A stretch of DNA of 35,593 nucleotides. It comes from Octopus bimaculoides (taxonomy: Eukaryota). Positions 11,564-23,235 of the stretch are shown here, piece after piece; the first letter of the stretch is position 1; the number at the start of each line of letters is the position of its first letter. The stretch is taken from the NCBI RefSeq assembly GCF_001194135.2, contig NC_068996.1, forward strand, positions 26,171,424 to 26,207,016, written 5' to 3'. The notes beneath the pieces are model-generated. The model had not been told where the DNA came from. It did not search any database and saw nothing but the letters and a program-made list of their open reading frames with translations. The position numbers and the translations under genes were made by a program.

Positions 11564-11704
11564 GTCTATGTGGGTTACCCTGGGTTCCACGTTCATAAAG
11601 CACATAGCTTTATGGTGTTTCTTCAGACGCTTGGCCTAGGGTCTGAAGAAAAGCTGTAAAGTTAAGTGCTTTATGGACATGAAACCCAGAGTAACCCCAT
11701 AGAC
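11564..11704. repeat. Imperfect fold-back carrying two head-to-head hammerhead-like motifs
   Basis: gtctatg/catagac, ggttac/gtaacc, cataaagcac/gtgctttatg and ttcttcagac/gtctgaagaa pair in nested order. Confidence 0.8.
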
Positions 11705-11789
11705 CAGCTACATCTATCTTTATATACTCTACTACACTATAATTTAGAGTATGCTTCTTTTTCGGATTTACGATTTACTGACAATATAT

Positions 11790-11965
11790 ATCATCATCAT
11801 CATCGTCGTTTAATGTCCGCTTTCCATGCTAGCGTGGGTTGGACGATTTAACTGAGGACTGGTGAAACCAGATGGCTACACCAGGCTCCAATCTGATTTG
11901 GCAGAGGTTCTACAGCTGGATGCCCTTCCTAACACCAGCCACTCCGAGAGTGTAGCACCAACCAC
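11790..11965 (-). mobile_element. Repeat family C copy
   Basis: CATCATCATCGTCGTTTAATGTCCGCTTTCCATGCTAGCGTGGGTTGGACG..., high similarity to 35365-35520. Confidence 0.9.
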
Positions 11966-11999
11966 TCCGATATATATATATATATATATATTCATATAT

Positions 12000-12885
12000 A
12001 TCATTATCACCATCATCATTATCATTTAACATCCTATTTTTCATGCTTGCATGAGTCATGAGTCAGATGGCATATATTGAGACAGATTTCATAAAACTGG
12101 ATGCCTTTTTTTGTTGCCAAAACTGTTTCCAAGCAAGGTAATATTTTCCTCTTAGCTAGACATATTTTTCACAGAAGAGTGGAAACAAACAACTTCACTT
12201 GCAAGTATGTGAAACTCATTTACAACTACCGTGTGATGTCTAGACAAAGACACACACACACACATTTATATGGTAAAGCTTCTTTCGGTTTCTATCTACT
12301 AAATCCACTCACAAAGTTTTGGCAAGCCTAGGGCTATAATAAATGACATTTGTCCAAGGTTCTATGGAGTGGAACTGGATCCAAGTCTGTATGATTGGGA
12401 AGCAAAGCTTGTGAGTGGATTTGATGGATAGAAACAGAATGAAGCCTGTTCTCTATCTATCTGTTTGTATGTTTATCTCATCATCATTTAATATCCTATT
12501 TTCCATACTGGCTTCGATTGGATGGTTTAACATGAATGAGCCAATGAGCTACAACTTATTCCAATGTCTGCTTTGCATGGTTTCTACTACTGGATGCCCT
12601 TTCTAAGGTCGTGTGTACACATACACACACACAAACACACACATATATATATGTGTGTGTGTGTAAATTTATGTAGTTGTATAGGAATGAGGGCTTGAAT
12701 GTGTGTGTGTGTGTGTGTGTGTGTTCATGTATATATCTTTGTCTTACCATCACATGATTCTTGTAATACATGTGATATTGTTCATTTCCAGTTGGCAACA
12801 AGAAGCCGTAGAAAATGCGTTTCAACAAACCCTCTCTAACCCATGCAGGCAATGAAAAAAGTGGACATTAAATGATGATAATAAC
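12000..12885. mobile_element. Cluster of degenerate family C and family A fragments interleaved with CA/TG microsatellites
   Basis: Family C-like at 12000-12200, 12478-12605 and 12790-12885. Family A head-like at 12290-12450. Confidence 0.65.
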
Positions 12886-12907
12886 ACAATTATCATGATA
12901 TAAATAT

Positions 12908-12943
<36 letters not shown>

Positions 12944-13223
12944 ACACATATAGTTATTGATAAGTTGAATGCAAGGACAAGTTACCATAAAAATTAGGAC
13001 CCAATTTTCAGCTACATTAAACTCCACCCTCATATAATGTGGTCAGTGATGCATCACAGCCGACGTAGTAACAAGAGAAACATAAAGTTTAAAAGAACAA
13101 AAAAAACAAATTTAAAAAAATAAGCAGAAAACAATTTATTGATATTTCAGAAATCTCATTTTGTGCATTTCAGTAATCAATAATCACATTGATTATGGAT
13201 CATTTCACCCATTGAAAATATCA

Positions 13224-13287
<64 letters not shown>

Positions 13288-13429
13288 CAAATAATATATA
13301 AGCATATATTTATATCTACACACACACATATGCACACACACACACACACACACACGCACACACACACCACATGATGGACTCGCCCATTGGTTTTGACACA
13401 TGAGGATCCAACAACCCACACTTTCTTTG

Positions 13430-13770
13430 TCAGCCATAATGTTTATGTTGAATGTGACATTTGAGTTCTGTCAATGATTTGTAAAGAAGCCGGCAGATGT
13501 TGTTAGTTTGAGAATTATGGGTCAGTGCTGGCAGTACAACTGTAGCCATGTTTTTCCTTTGCCTTGCACCTCTAAGCCTATTAATGCTGGTTAAAACAAA
13601 GTCTCTCATACCATTTTGACACAATGATCTCCATTTTGTTCACTCCAAGGCTGTTTTCTCAAAGGTGTTCTATGCTATATTGACTGCTGAGAGGTTACCC
13701 TTCAGCTTGTCCTTATATCTGCGCCATGGTCGACCAACATTCCTGTGCGCACTATCAAGCTGGTTGTACA
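13430..13770 (-). mobile_element. RTE-clade LINE 3-prime ORF fragment (pseudogenic)
   Basis: Minus frame RNVGRPWRRYKDKLKGNLSAVNIA*NTFEKTALE*TKWRSLCQNGMRDF...ICRLLYKSLTELKCHIQHKH fits the RTE C-terminus (GRP.KRYKD.LK, DR..WR.L, terminal Cys/His finger). In-frame stops present. Confidence 0.75.
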
Positions 13771-14089
13771 TGAGGACTTTGGGTATTCTTTTGTTAATAT
13801 AGTGTATTGTCTCCCTTTATTCCTGTCCACTCACTACATTTCCTCCCTTTCATCTCCCACTCTCATTTCCCATTTTTGCAATCTTACTCACCCACTCACC
13901 CTATCCAATCCTTGGTTTAATTTCACCTACGTACACCTTCCTGCAACTTCAGTGTCAAACCTCATCACATATTCTTTGTCTTTTTTCCCCTGCCTTTCTC
14001 TTTCCTATCTTACTGAGGTAGCTATTTATCTCCTTGAATGCATTTCTGTCCCTCTGTTCATACTCTGACCTTTCATCAGCTGGCACAAG

Positions 14090-14355
14090 GCCACCTCCTT
14101 CAAGACTACTCCCCACTCAGTTGAGGGGCCTTGTCTTGCAAGTTACTTGCTGTCCCTGCCAGTGCTGAGGCTGTGTAAAAAGTAACCTGTACACTCTGTG
14201 ATATGGTTGGCATTAGAAAGGGTATCCAGCCATAAAAACCATGTCAAAACAACCAATAGAGACTGGAGCAGTCTTCTGACTTGCCAGTTCCTGTCAGACT
14301 GTCCAACCAATGTCAGCATGAAAAACAGACATTAAATGATGATGATGATGATGAT
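14090..14355 (+). mobile_element. Degenerate repeat family C copy
   Basis: GGTTGGCATTAGAAAGGGTATCCAGCC...GTCCAACCAATGTCAGCATGAAAAACAGACATTAAATGATGATG. Confidence 0.75.
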
Positions 14356-15206
14356 ACACACACACACACACATACACACATTTTCTAGGAATAAGAATAA
14401 GCTGTGTAATTTGTACCATGTTAACAAATATAAGCACTATTATATCTACAACATTGTATTTTTTCCTTATGAAGTTATAGTCACATGAATATATGTGCAC
14501 ACACAAACACACACATCCACATATACATGCACAAAAACACAACACTGTCATACACACTAATATATACATACTACTCACTCATGTACACATACAACACAAT
14601 TATACACACTCATACACAAACACATATATTCATTATTAGCATTTTGTATGTACACACACACACACACACACACACATAGCAAGCAGTATGTCTACCACAA
14701 TTAGCTCAATCATGCAAGGCAAAATATGTATGCAATGTAACACAGAAGAATACACTTCTAATTCTGTACTGGAAGCATGTTTAAATTCTGCTTCTGTTTT
14801 CTAGTATATTTCATGAATTATAGGGCTGAATTCATAGCACATACATCTAACAACTTGCTTAGTTTAAGCACTGAACTTGAAAGGCAACTGAAACTGTGCC
14901 TGCTAACATCAAATCAGTTTCCATTTTGGTGAATTCCATGCTGAATTCCATGCATCAATTTACCATTTTTATAATGAATTGTAAATAATTAATATTTTTT
15001 TGTATTTAATACTTAATGTTTATAGGTTTAGTTTGAGCAGGCACTGCATACTATGCTTACCCAGACAACACATCCCTTATACATCTGTATTGATATATGC
15101 TGTATTTACTGGTGTACAAGTTGTACTATTTTATACTTGATTTTAAATGAAAAACTTGGATGTGACTTATACTTCTTGTCTTGTAACAGCATTCACCCAG
15201 GAGGGG

Positions 15207-16070
15207 TTAAGCCACCATGACTGTGTTACAAGTCATGGTGGCCCATACACATCTGTCTGTGGATGATTTTGCTGTGTGTTGAAGCCATTCTTGGTTCCAG
15301 TAACAAGCATCAATGATTTGAGGGCCAGAAATGAACTCTATATCTGCTTTGAAAGCCGTGGGCCATGTCTTCAGCTGACTACTTCTCCGCTTATACCAAC
15401 CCATGGGATGATGTGGTTCTATTGCCTTCTGGATGCATTCATCATGGAGGCACCACTTGTGACCAAACCACTGTAGTCTCTTCAGCGAAAGAGTTCCCTG
15501 ATCATCCCTTGAAATTCCTATGAACTCACACTGCAACTTGTGACCTATACACAGAGCAAAGATAAAACTATGAAAAGAAAAACATTTTGAAGCAAGATTT
15601 AACATAAAATGGTGGTGGTGGTGGTGGTGGTGGTGGCAGTGGCGGTATAAATGAGTGTGACTTGTACAAGAGTAAATATGATGCTTGCATGTGTGAGTAT
15701 ATATGAATATGTATTTGTGTGTGTATCTATGTGTAGATCTATAATTTGATCTTTTGTATATGTACCATTGTGTTAGCATTTAGGTATGCAGGTATCTTGA
15801 AAATATCTCATGGAATGGTGTCCATGCCTTGCATAGTTATGGGCTGACCTTTGGCATGGCATAGCACCCATTCAGCCACTCTGCCAGGGATATGGTAACA
15901 TTGTGGATTGTGAAGAGGTAGCAGAAGATGTTCAACTGAGCCAATGGTGCTTCTTAAACATTGATGCTGCATGGAGGAATCCTGGAAGATCAACAGTCAG
16001 GATCATCAATCTCTGTCAATAGAATAACTACAATACATCCATAAGGATAGCATCCATGTTGTATAGAGCT
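15207..16070 (-). mobile_element. RTE-like LINE fragment, C-terminal part, split by a microsatellite insert (~15560-15790)
   Basis: Translations LKRLQWFGH...PMGWYKRRSSQLKTWPTAFKADIEFISGP...DRCVW and QHQCLRS match post-RT motifs (LRWFGHV, RRRGGQRKTW, DR..W, DHRCLR). Confidence 0.7.
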
Positions 16071-16185
16071 GGCTAATAAAAGATTCATTATAACTCAAGT
16101 TAATAATGGAATTGGATGGCAACAGAAATTTCAGGTCTTGTTTCTAGAGTAGAAAAGAATATCTTGGTAAGCTGACAAAATCATT

Positions 16186-16370
16186 AGCACGTTGGACAAA
16201 AATGCTTAGCTGCATTTTTTCCATCTTAACGTTCTGAGCTCAAATTCTGCTGAGGTCAACTTTGCCTTTCATCTTTTTGAGGTCAATGAAATAAGCACCA
16301 ATTAAACACTGGTATTCATGTAATTGGCTTGCCCCCATCCTGGACTTTCTGGCCTTGTGCCAGAATTTGC
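16186..16370 (+). mobile_element. tRNA-derived SINE family B
   Basis: GTTCTGAGCTCAAATTCTGCTGAGGTCAACTTTGCCTTTCATC core, with homologues in opposite orientation at 16520-16690. Confidence 0.75.
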
Positions 16371-16519
16371 AACTAATATATTTGTGTGACCCATGCTGGC
16401 ATAAAAAGAGGGATATAAAAATGAATTAATAAATATGCATATGATAGGATCTCTAGTTAAGATGACATGATTGTTCAGTTTTTGTTGAACAACCTGCACA
16501 AATTATTTGTTTACAGTGA

Positions 16520-16690
16520 TCAAATGCATTTACAAGCATCAATTACATTGACCCCCAGTGTTTCACTGATACTTAATTTATCAACCCTGAAAGGATGAAA
16601 AGCAAAGTTGAGCTTGGCAGAATTTAAGCTCAGAAGGTAAAGAGTCAGAAAAAAGACATTTTGTTTGATGTGCTAATGATTCTGCCAGCT
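16520..16690 (-). mobile_element. SINE family B
   Basis: TTTATCAACCCTGAAAGGATGAAAAGCAAAGTTGAGCTTGGCAGAATTTAAGCTCAGAA is the reverse complement of the family B core. Confidence 0.75.
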
Positions 16691-16955
16691 GACCAATGTA
16701 TTATTGAGGCATTGTTGTACAGTTAGATGCACTTCCCATTTTTATTTTTAATGTTTTTTACTCAACAAGGAATCCACCTATCTTTGAAAGTGCCAAGTCA
16801 ATGGAGGTTTCATTGATGGGTATGTGTTATATATTGTTATATGCAGTATTTTTTACTGTTATATGCAGTATTACTTACACAAATCTGGTGTGAAAGTGAT
16901 TACAGAGCAACGTGAAATGAAGTGTTTTGCTCAAGAACACAACTCAAATCTTGCA

Positions 16956-17171
16956 GTAGATGTATGCTGTCAACTTAATGTGACAGTCCCCTGAAGGGAA
17001 TAATACTACTGTTGGTTAGACTTAGGAAGCTGCACCGCTTCCTTTCAGTCTTGACACATTTCCTGCGTCCTGTCCAGGCCGATAGGAAGTGGTGCAGCTT
17101 CCAAGGTCTAACCAACAGTAGTATTATTCCCTTCAGGGGACTGTCACATTAAGTTGACAGCATACAACTAC
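16956..17171. repeat. Long fold-back, 88 bp arms, 40 nt spacer
   Basis: 16956-17043 versus 17084-17171 are reverse complements with only a few mismatches. Confidence 0.95.
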
Positions 17172-17327
17172 TTCATCATATCACTACTGCATAAATCTCT
17201 CTGGGAGATTTAGAAATGTATTACTTTTCAAATCTTGCAATCCAGGAATTGAAACCATGATCTCATAATCATGAGTGCTAGAGTCTGAAACATTAAAGAC
17301 TCTTTCTCTTCCTCTCAAGCATTATAC

Positions 17328-17729
17328 TCTCTTTTACTTGTTTCAGTCATTTGACTGTGGCCATGCTGGAGCACCGCCTTTTAGTCGAATCAAATCGACC
17401 CCAGGACTTATTCTTTGTAAGCCTAGTACTTATTCTGTTGGTCTCTTTTGCCGAACCACTAAGTTACGGGGACCTAAACACACCAGCATCAGTTGTCAAG
17501 TGATGTTGGGGGGACAAACACAGACACACAAACATATATACACACATACATACATACATATATATATATACGACGGGCTTCTTTCAGTTTCCGTCTACCA
17601 AATCCACTCACAAGGCATTGGTTGGCCCGAGGCTATAGTAGAAGACACTCGCCCAAGGTGCCACACAGTGGGAATGAACCTGAGACCATGTGGCTGGTAG
17701 GCAAGCTACTTACCACACAGCCACTCCTA
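17328..17729 (-). mobile_element. SINE family A, full length
   Basis: Reverse-complement homologue of 861-1298. Confidence 0.9.
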
Positions 17730-18899
17730 CTAATAACACCTTTGTAAAAACCTGTCTCTCACATTTTTGCCTTTTTCTTGTTTTTGCTCATCTTGCTTAT
17801 TATATAGTGTGTGTGTGTGTGTGTACATATATAAACACGTGCACGCACAAAACACGCACACACACACATACACGCACACTGATAACATTTGTTTTATAAA
17901 AATGCCAAATATTAGTTATAATAATCATAATGTTCACCATCTCCTTACTCAGTCTTCCCAGCATTCAACTGTATATTGCTCTGGTCCCATTTATGTGCAG
18001 TGATGAAAATGAAAATGAAAATCATTCTACAATTGCAGCATTTCCACATTCTTGCTGCATGCTCTCCCTCCCTCCTTTTCTCTCTCTCTCTCTCCCTCTA
18101 TCTCTCTTTTTCTCTCTGTCTTGGTTCTTGCTCTCACTCAGCACCCCACCACCACCACCACCACCATTCCTTATTCCCACCAAGTAGAAAGTATTTGTAA
18201 AGAAGATAAATAGAAAAATAGATAGATACAAGATAGATAAATAGACAAACAAGTAACAAAGTATAATACAAATAAACAGCTTTTATATGTTATCAAGACT
18301 CTACAGTAGAGATCAGCCACCTAAACAGTCAGGTTGCTGCTGGAACAATAAAATGGTAAAAAGAATTCTGCCAGCATGAATAAATAAAGTAAAGAAAGAA
18401 AGAAAACAAGAAAACAGTAAAGAAAGAAAACAAGAAACAAAGAAAAGAAAATAATAAATAAAATAAAATTCAATTAAAAATTGAATAAAAAATAACAAAA
18501 ATTTTTTTTTTAATCTCCTCCACCCACATCAGTGTAGTGTGGGCATGCTATCAAAGAAGTGAGGATATATATATGTATGTTTATTTTGAGCTATCTGCTA
18601 ACAAACAGTCTTCATATACAGCTGTCCTGCTTTGTGGTGCTGTATTATTACGCAACAAAGCTTCTTTTCCCCTGGTCTTTCGTAACCAGCTTTACTAAAA
18701 GTGCTTACTAACTATTATTAGCTTTCAGCTGGCTGAATTAGTTAATGGTATCAGCATCAGAGTTATCATTACTATATTTTTTTTTTTTTAGTATTGCTCT
18801 TTTTTTCTTTATGAGAATGACGGGAACCAAACCAACTGGGAGCAAAAATATGATGATTGTGTGTATTAGTTCAGAAGATTTTACACAGTTTTTTTTTTT

Positions 18900-19195
18900 T
18901 TGATGATGACAATGATGATGATGATCATCATCATGAACTCTTCCTCTTCCTCCTCTTCCTCTCATCATTGCCATCACCGTCAACGCCAGTATTGTCACCA
19001 TCGTCACCACTTTTATCAGTACCATTGTCTTCATCATCATCATCATCCTCCTCCCCTCCACCACTACCATCACCACACTCCTCCACATCATCAGCATCAG
19101 CATCATCACCACTACCATCATCACCATCATTATTGTTGTTGTCATCATCATCGTCATCATCATTATCATCATCATCATCATTATTGCTATCATCA
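18900..19195. repeat. Imperfect (CAT/CAC)n trinucleotide tract
   Basis: Direct observation. Source of the poly-His, poly-Asp and poly-Ser ORFs. Confidence 0.9.
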
Positions 19196-19680
19196 GCTTT
19201 TACATCCATTTTTCTGTGCTTGCATATGTTGCGCTGGTCTTTACCACTTGTAGTCACTTTGTCATCTCCTTCAACAGATTCATCAGCCTCTTGAGATCAG
19301 TTTTTGCCACTTACGCTCATGTCTTCATCTTCCTGCAATTTCCTTCCACTTGGATCTTATGGCACTTCATTACTCAAACTATCAACATCCATTTGCATCA
19401 CTCCCATCATTAGTGCAAGCTTCTCAGTTGCACATTGTAACTGATTCCTTTTTAATCCATTTTTGCTCTGTTGCTCAAGTACCCTAACATTATGCATTCA
19501 GCAGAACATGCATGCTTCATTTCAAATTCAGCATTTTGCTTATCCTCTGCATTCGCTGTCCATGATTTGTTACTATGCAGCATCTCATTTTTGCACAACA
19601 AGCAGCACACAGTTGACTTGACTTTTCACTTACAGAGAGAGAAACCCTTTTGTCTATTCTTACTCTGGCTGCTATGCTTT
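19190..19680 (-). pseudogene. Degenerate coding-like segment of unknown origin
   Basis: One frame runs ~102 codons (19497-19190) with only two stops (TAA 19359-19357, TGA 19299-19297). An upstream shifted frame has a CxxC...CSxxC pattern. Confidence 0.3.
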
Positions 19681-19703
19681 TAGTGCATTTACTTCCTAAT
19701 TAT

Positions 19704-19782
19704 TCTTTTATTCTTTTACTTGTTTCAGCCATTTGACTGCGACCATGCTGGAGCACTGATTCTAAGGGTTTTAGTCGAACAA
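19704..19782 (-). mobile_element. SINE family A tail fragment
   Basis: TTCTTTTATTCTTTTACTTGTTTCAGCCATTTGACTGCGACCATGCTGGAGCAC. Confidence 0.8.
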
Positions 19783-20139
19783 ATTCTGTCTCTCCATTCT
19801 CAATATTTCAAAACATTTTCTAAGTGTTACCCACTACTCTTCTCTCCGTGACCCCAAGGCCATATTTTGCTTGGCTGTTTGTCCTTGTCCACTGTCCTAA
19901 ATCACACTTTGTGTTGTTTTGCTTGTTTTGTTTTGTTTGCTCTTGTCTTTAATTCTATGCAAGAAAACCTTTTTTTTTTTTTTGTGGGCACCGTCAGTTG
20001 GAAAGCATTCAGTCTTATCGCTAATGATGCAAAACTGAAGAGTACCGTTGGTCGATGACTGATGAAGAATTATGGATTTTCTGCTTGTCTCCCATTTGTT
20101 TTTACATTCAGTATACATTAGGTTGTTTGTTTATACATA

Positions 20140-20292
20140 TATGATGGACTCCTTTCAGTTTCTATCTACCAAATTGACTCACAAGGCTTTACTCAGCCTG
20201 AGGGTAGAGTAGAAGAAATTTGCCCAAGGCACCACACAGTGGGACTGAACCCAGAGCCATGTGGTTTGGAAGCAATCATCTTACTACACTAC
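20140..20292 (-). mobile_element. SINE family A head fragment
   Basis: CTTTCAGTTTCTATCTACCAAATTGACTCACAAGGCTTT...GGGACTGAACCC. Confidence 0.8.
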
Positions 20293-20823
20293 CACTGCTA
20301 TTTTATAGTAGAATACACTTGCCAAGTGTCATTCAATACGATAGAACTCAAAACTATATGGGTACAAATTGAACTTCATATCCACACAGCCATGCTTGCA
20401 CCTATATGTATGTGTGTATGCTTGATTGCATATGTATGTATATATGTATGCTTGTATATATATATGCATGAATGTAGGTATGCATATATGTAATGTATGC
20501 ATGTGGCTACATATGCTTGTGTGCATGTATATATACATATGCATGTATATGTATGTATGTATGTATGTATGTATGCATGTATTCGTATGCATGTCTATAT
20601 ATGCATATATGTATGTTTGTCTCTCTTCTGTTGTTCCCTCCCCACCAACATGTCTAATCTTCATACCTTTCTCTGCCACCTGCATGCATGCCTTAAACAA
20701 TTCCTTGCTTCTCCCACTTTTTTGTTCCCAGCTTTGCCTCTGCCTTTAACTTGCTTTTTCAAACCACTCCCTTACAGTCTTCTTATTTTTCCTATCTTCT
20801 TGTCTCATTCTTTACTTTTTGTT

Positions 20824-20856
20824 TTTGATGAAGGATTAGTGCCCAAAACGTCAAGG
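20824..20856 (+). ncRNA. Degenerate hammerhead-like relic
   Basis: tt-TTGATGA-agg-attagtg-ccc-AAAA-c-GTC-aa: correct spacing, but two core substitutions (C3>T, G12>A). Confidence 0.35.
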
Positions 20857-21081
20857 CACTTGTCCTTCTTTTTAAGCGTTAAACAAATATCACATTTGTT
20901 AAAATTTGTCTTCATTCTGTTGCTTTTTTCTTGGATTCGTTGTTTTCTTAATGCACACGCGCATGTGTGTATACATGCACACACACATACACATATACAT
21001 GCATACATACACACAAACATGCATACGTTCACACACACATGCACACACATACACATATATACATGCATACATACAAAGATA

Positions 21082-21128
<47 letters not shown>

Positions 21129-22557
21129 AGATATGTTTAATACTTAATTGTCAGTTAGATATACCTGAATTTACCTGGAGTTCTAAGTAATGGTTAACTG
21201 TTATGCTGTTTCGTTTGAAATAGCAACCTTTTAATGAACACTCACACAAACATACACACATGTATATGTAGAACTGCCATATAAAAAAATCACATATGTA
21301 ACACTTGTATGTATTAAACATTAAACACATGCCCTTGCATCTGATGGTATTTATCACAGCAGAGTATTTAATGTTGATGAAATTGTTGTTTAGCCGTAGG
21401 TAAATCAAGTACAGTTGTAATCAAAGCCATCCTACTCATGACTATCCCATCTCTTTTTAATGTTTATTCAGGACTTATTATCAAATTTTTCCTTTCCTTA
21501 TATAAGACAGTCAGTTGTTATTTGAGGGGCACTTGACTGTTATTTCCACCAGGTTGAGTAACAACATAGAAGCTTCCTCATTGGCTGTTGATACTGCTGT
21601 TTTGTCTGCTTGTATGTTTATGTTAATGCTTTTCTCTTCTGGGAGGCGAAGGAAGAGAACGTTTATGAAATGGTGTTGCAACAGTGTTCTAGATATTTCT
21701 GTTTGTTTTTGCAGTGATTATACATCTAATAGCAGAGGCCGCAACAACAACTAACCGTGCCACTCATATGTCAAGGCGTTTGTTAATATTTCGTATTTAT
21801 TTTTATGCCATGTAGGTGGTCTGAGGTGCAGTTTATAGGCAGGAAGCAACGATGCAAAGCATGCTCTTTTGTGATCTTTGTGTTTGTTCTGGTATTTTTT
21901 TTTTTTATGACGAGATTACCAGTCCCAAGTAGGACTGACATAATTAATGATGGGTCTTATGATTTGCCTGCATATCATTACTGATTGTTGTTATTTTTTG
22001 TAGACCAAATGTGATACCTGTGGATTGGTTTAAGTATTTTCTGTATGTCATTTTACATTCTTGGTTATACCTTCTTCTCTGTGTTCTGTGAATGTTGTAG
22101 CAACGTTATAATGGAATCCCAACAATTTGGTTGGTGTCTTCCGTGAATATAGTCTGTTTAGTATGATGGTTAATTGTATTTGATGTTCTCCATATGCTTC
22201 TGGTAAGAAAGAGACTACTGCAGCTGCTGTAAGTGCCATTCTTGTTGTTGTTGTAGCTGTTTAACCCAAGGTAAGGCATATTCCAGCAGATAAATGAGCA
22301 AAGTCATTCCAGCTACTCATCTTCTTCCTTGTTTAAGCAGTTGAAACTGAGATGCATATGACCATAATGCACCAGAAATCTTTGATACTTATTAGCTATG
22401 AAAAGTTCTCAATTTTATATTCTATAAGAGAGTATTGTAGTTCGCTTGAAGCATTGTGTATTGTTTGTAAAGAATAAAAAGTTTAGAATGGTACAACAAT
22501 GCACTATAGAACAAAAAATGGACTATATACCTGTTGTAATTTGGTTATCTATAGTCC

Positions 22558-22593
22558 GATGATATTTCGGAATTACAATTCCTTCTTCAGATC
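22558..22593 (-). ncRNA. Minimal hammerhead-like motif
   Basis: Minus strand gat-CTGAAGA-a-ggaatt-gt-aattcc-GAAA-TATC-atc: perfect stem II, 3 bp stem I, vestigial stem III. Confidence 0.5.
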
Positions 22594-22959
22594 TTCTTTG
22601 CTGGAGTCTCTGCCAATAACACTCTGTCATCACCATGTCTTTTGAAGTTTATTTTTCTAGGAATACATGATCTTGTGTGTCCTCACCATTTTCAAGACTC
22701 TGGTGCATGGTCCCAGGAGGATTTCATCACAAGTGGTTCCTTGGTTTGGTGGGAATTCAGTGAATTTGGTAAGTTCTACTTTTAGTGAGTTTCAAACATG
22801 ATAAGAGAGAGGGAGACACAAGCCGATACTAGAATTACTGTACAGGCACCTGCCTTGTTAGAAATAATAACCAAATTTCTTTCAAATCATTCCTTATTAT
22901 CATCTTAAAAGAGGAACACAATGTCACTTCTGAAATATCAAACTTTTCTAGAACAGGCG

Positions 22960-23004
22960 TGACTATCTCTTTCTCCCACAGACTCTGTCTTGCTTTCTCT
23001 TACA

Positions 23005-23036
<32 letters not shown>

Positions 23037-23235
23037 TTCTCTCTCTCTCTCTCACATTCTCTCTCTCTCACATTCTCTCTCGTTCTCTCACTCTCTCTTT
23101 CTCTAACACACTCTCTTTTTCTCTCACACTCCCTCTCTTTCTCCCCCTTACTTTTTCTCCCTATCTCTCTCTCGCACCCTTTCTATTTCCCATTTTGTAC
23201 CTTTATCTCTCTCTCTCTCTCTCTCTCTCTCCATC
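22960..23235. repeat. (CT)n-rich tract
   Basis: Direct observation. Confidence 0.9.

Noticed and set aside
11852-11872. CTGAGGA-CTGGT-GAAA in family C copies (also 9200-9222, 35426-35445)
   Set aside because: No stem II between the motifs and no stem I/III closure, so not a hammerhead.
17275-17747. ORFs of 141 aa and 84 aa, and similar ones at 767, 1194, 31932 and 32068
   Set aside because: Translations of SINE family A.
18738-19294. Poly-His, poly-Met, poly-Ser and poly-Asp ORFs, and similar ones at 29619-30067
   Set aside because: Trinucleotide repeat artefacts. Only the non-repeat flank 19190-19680 is kept as a weak candidate.
20035-20095. CTGAAGA and CTGATGA close together with a short inverted repeat
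   Set aside because: No GAAA after either putative stem II; too decayed to call.
21346-21372. TATCACAGCAG resembling the miR-2 5-prime end
   Set aside because: Match ends after about 9 nt and there is no complementary arm.
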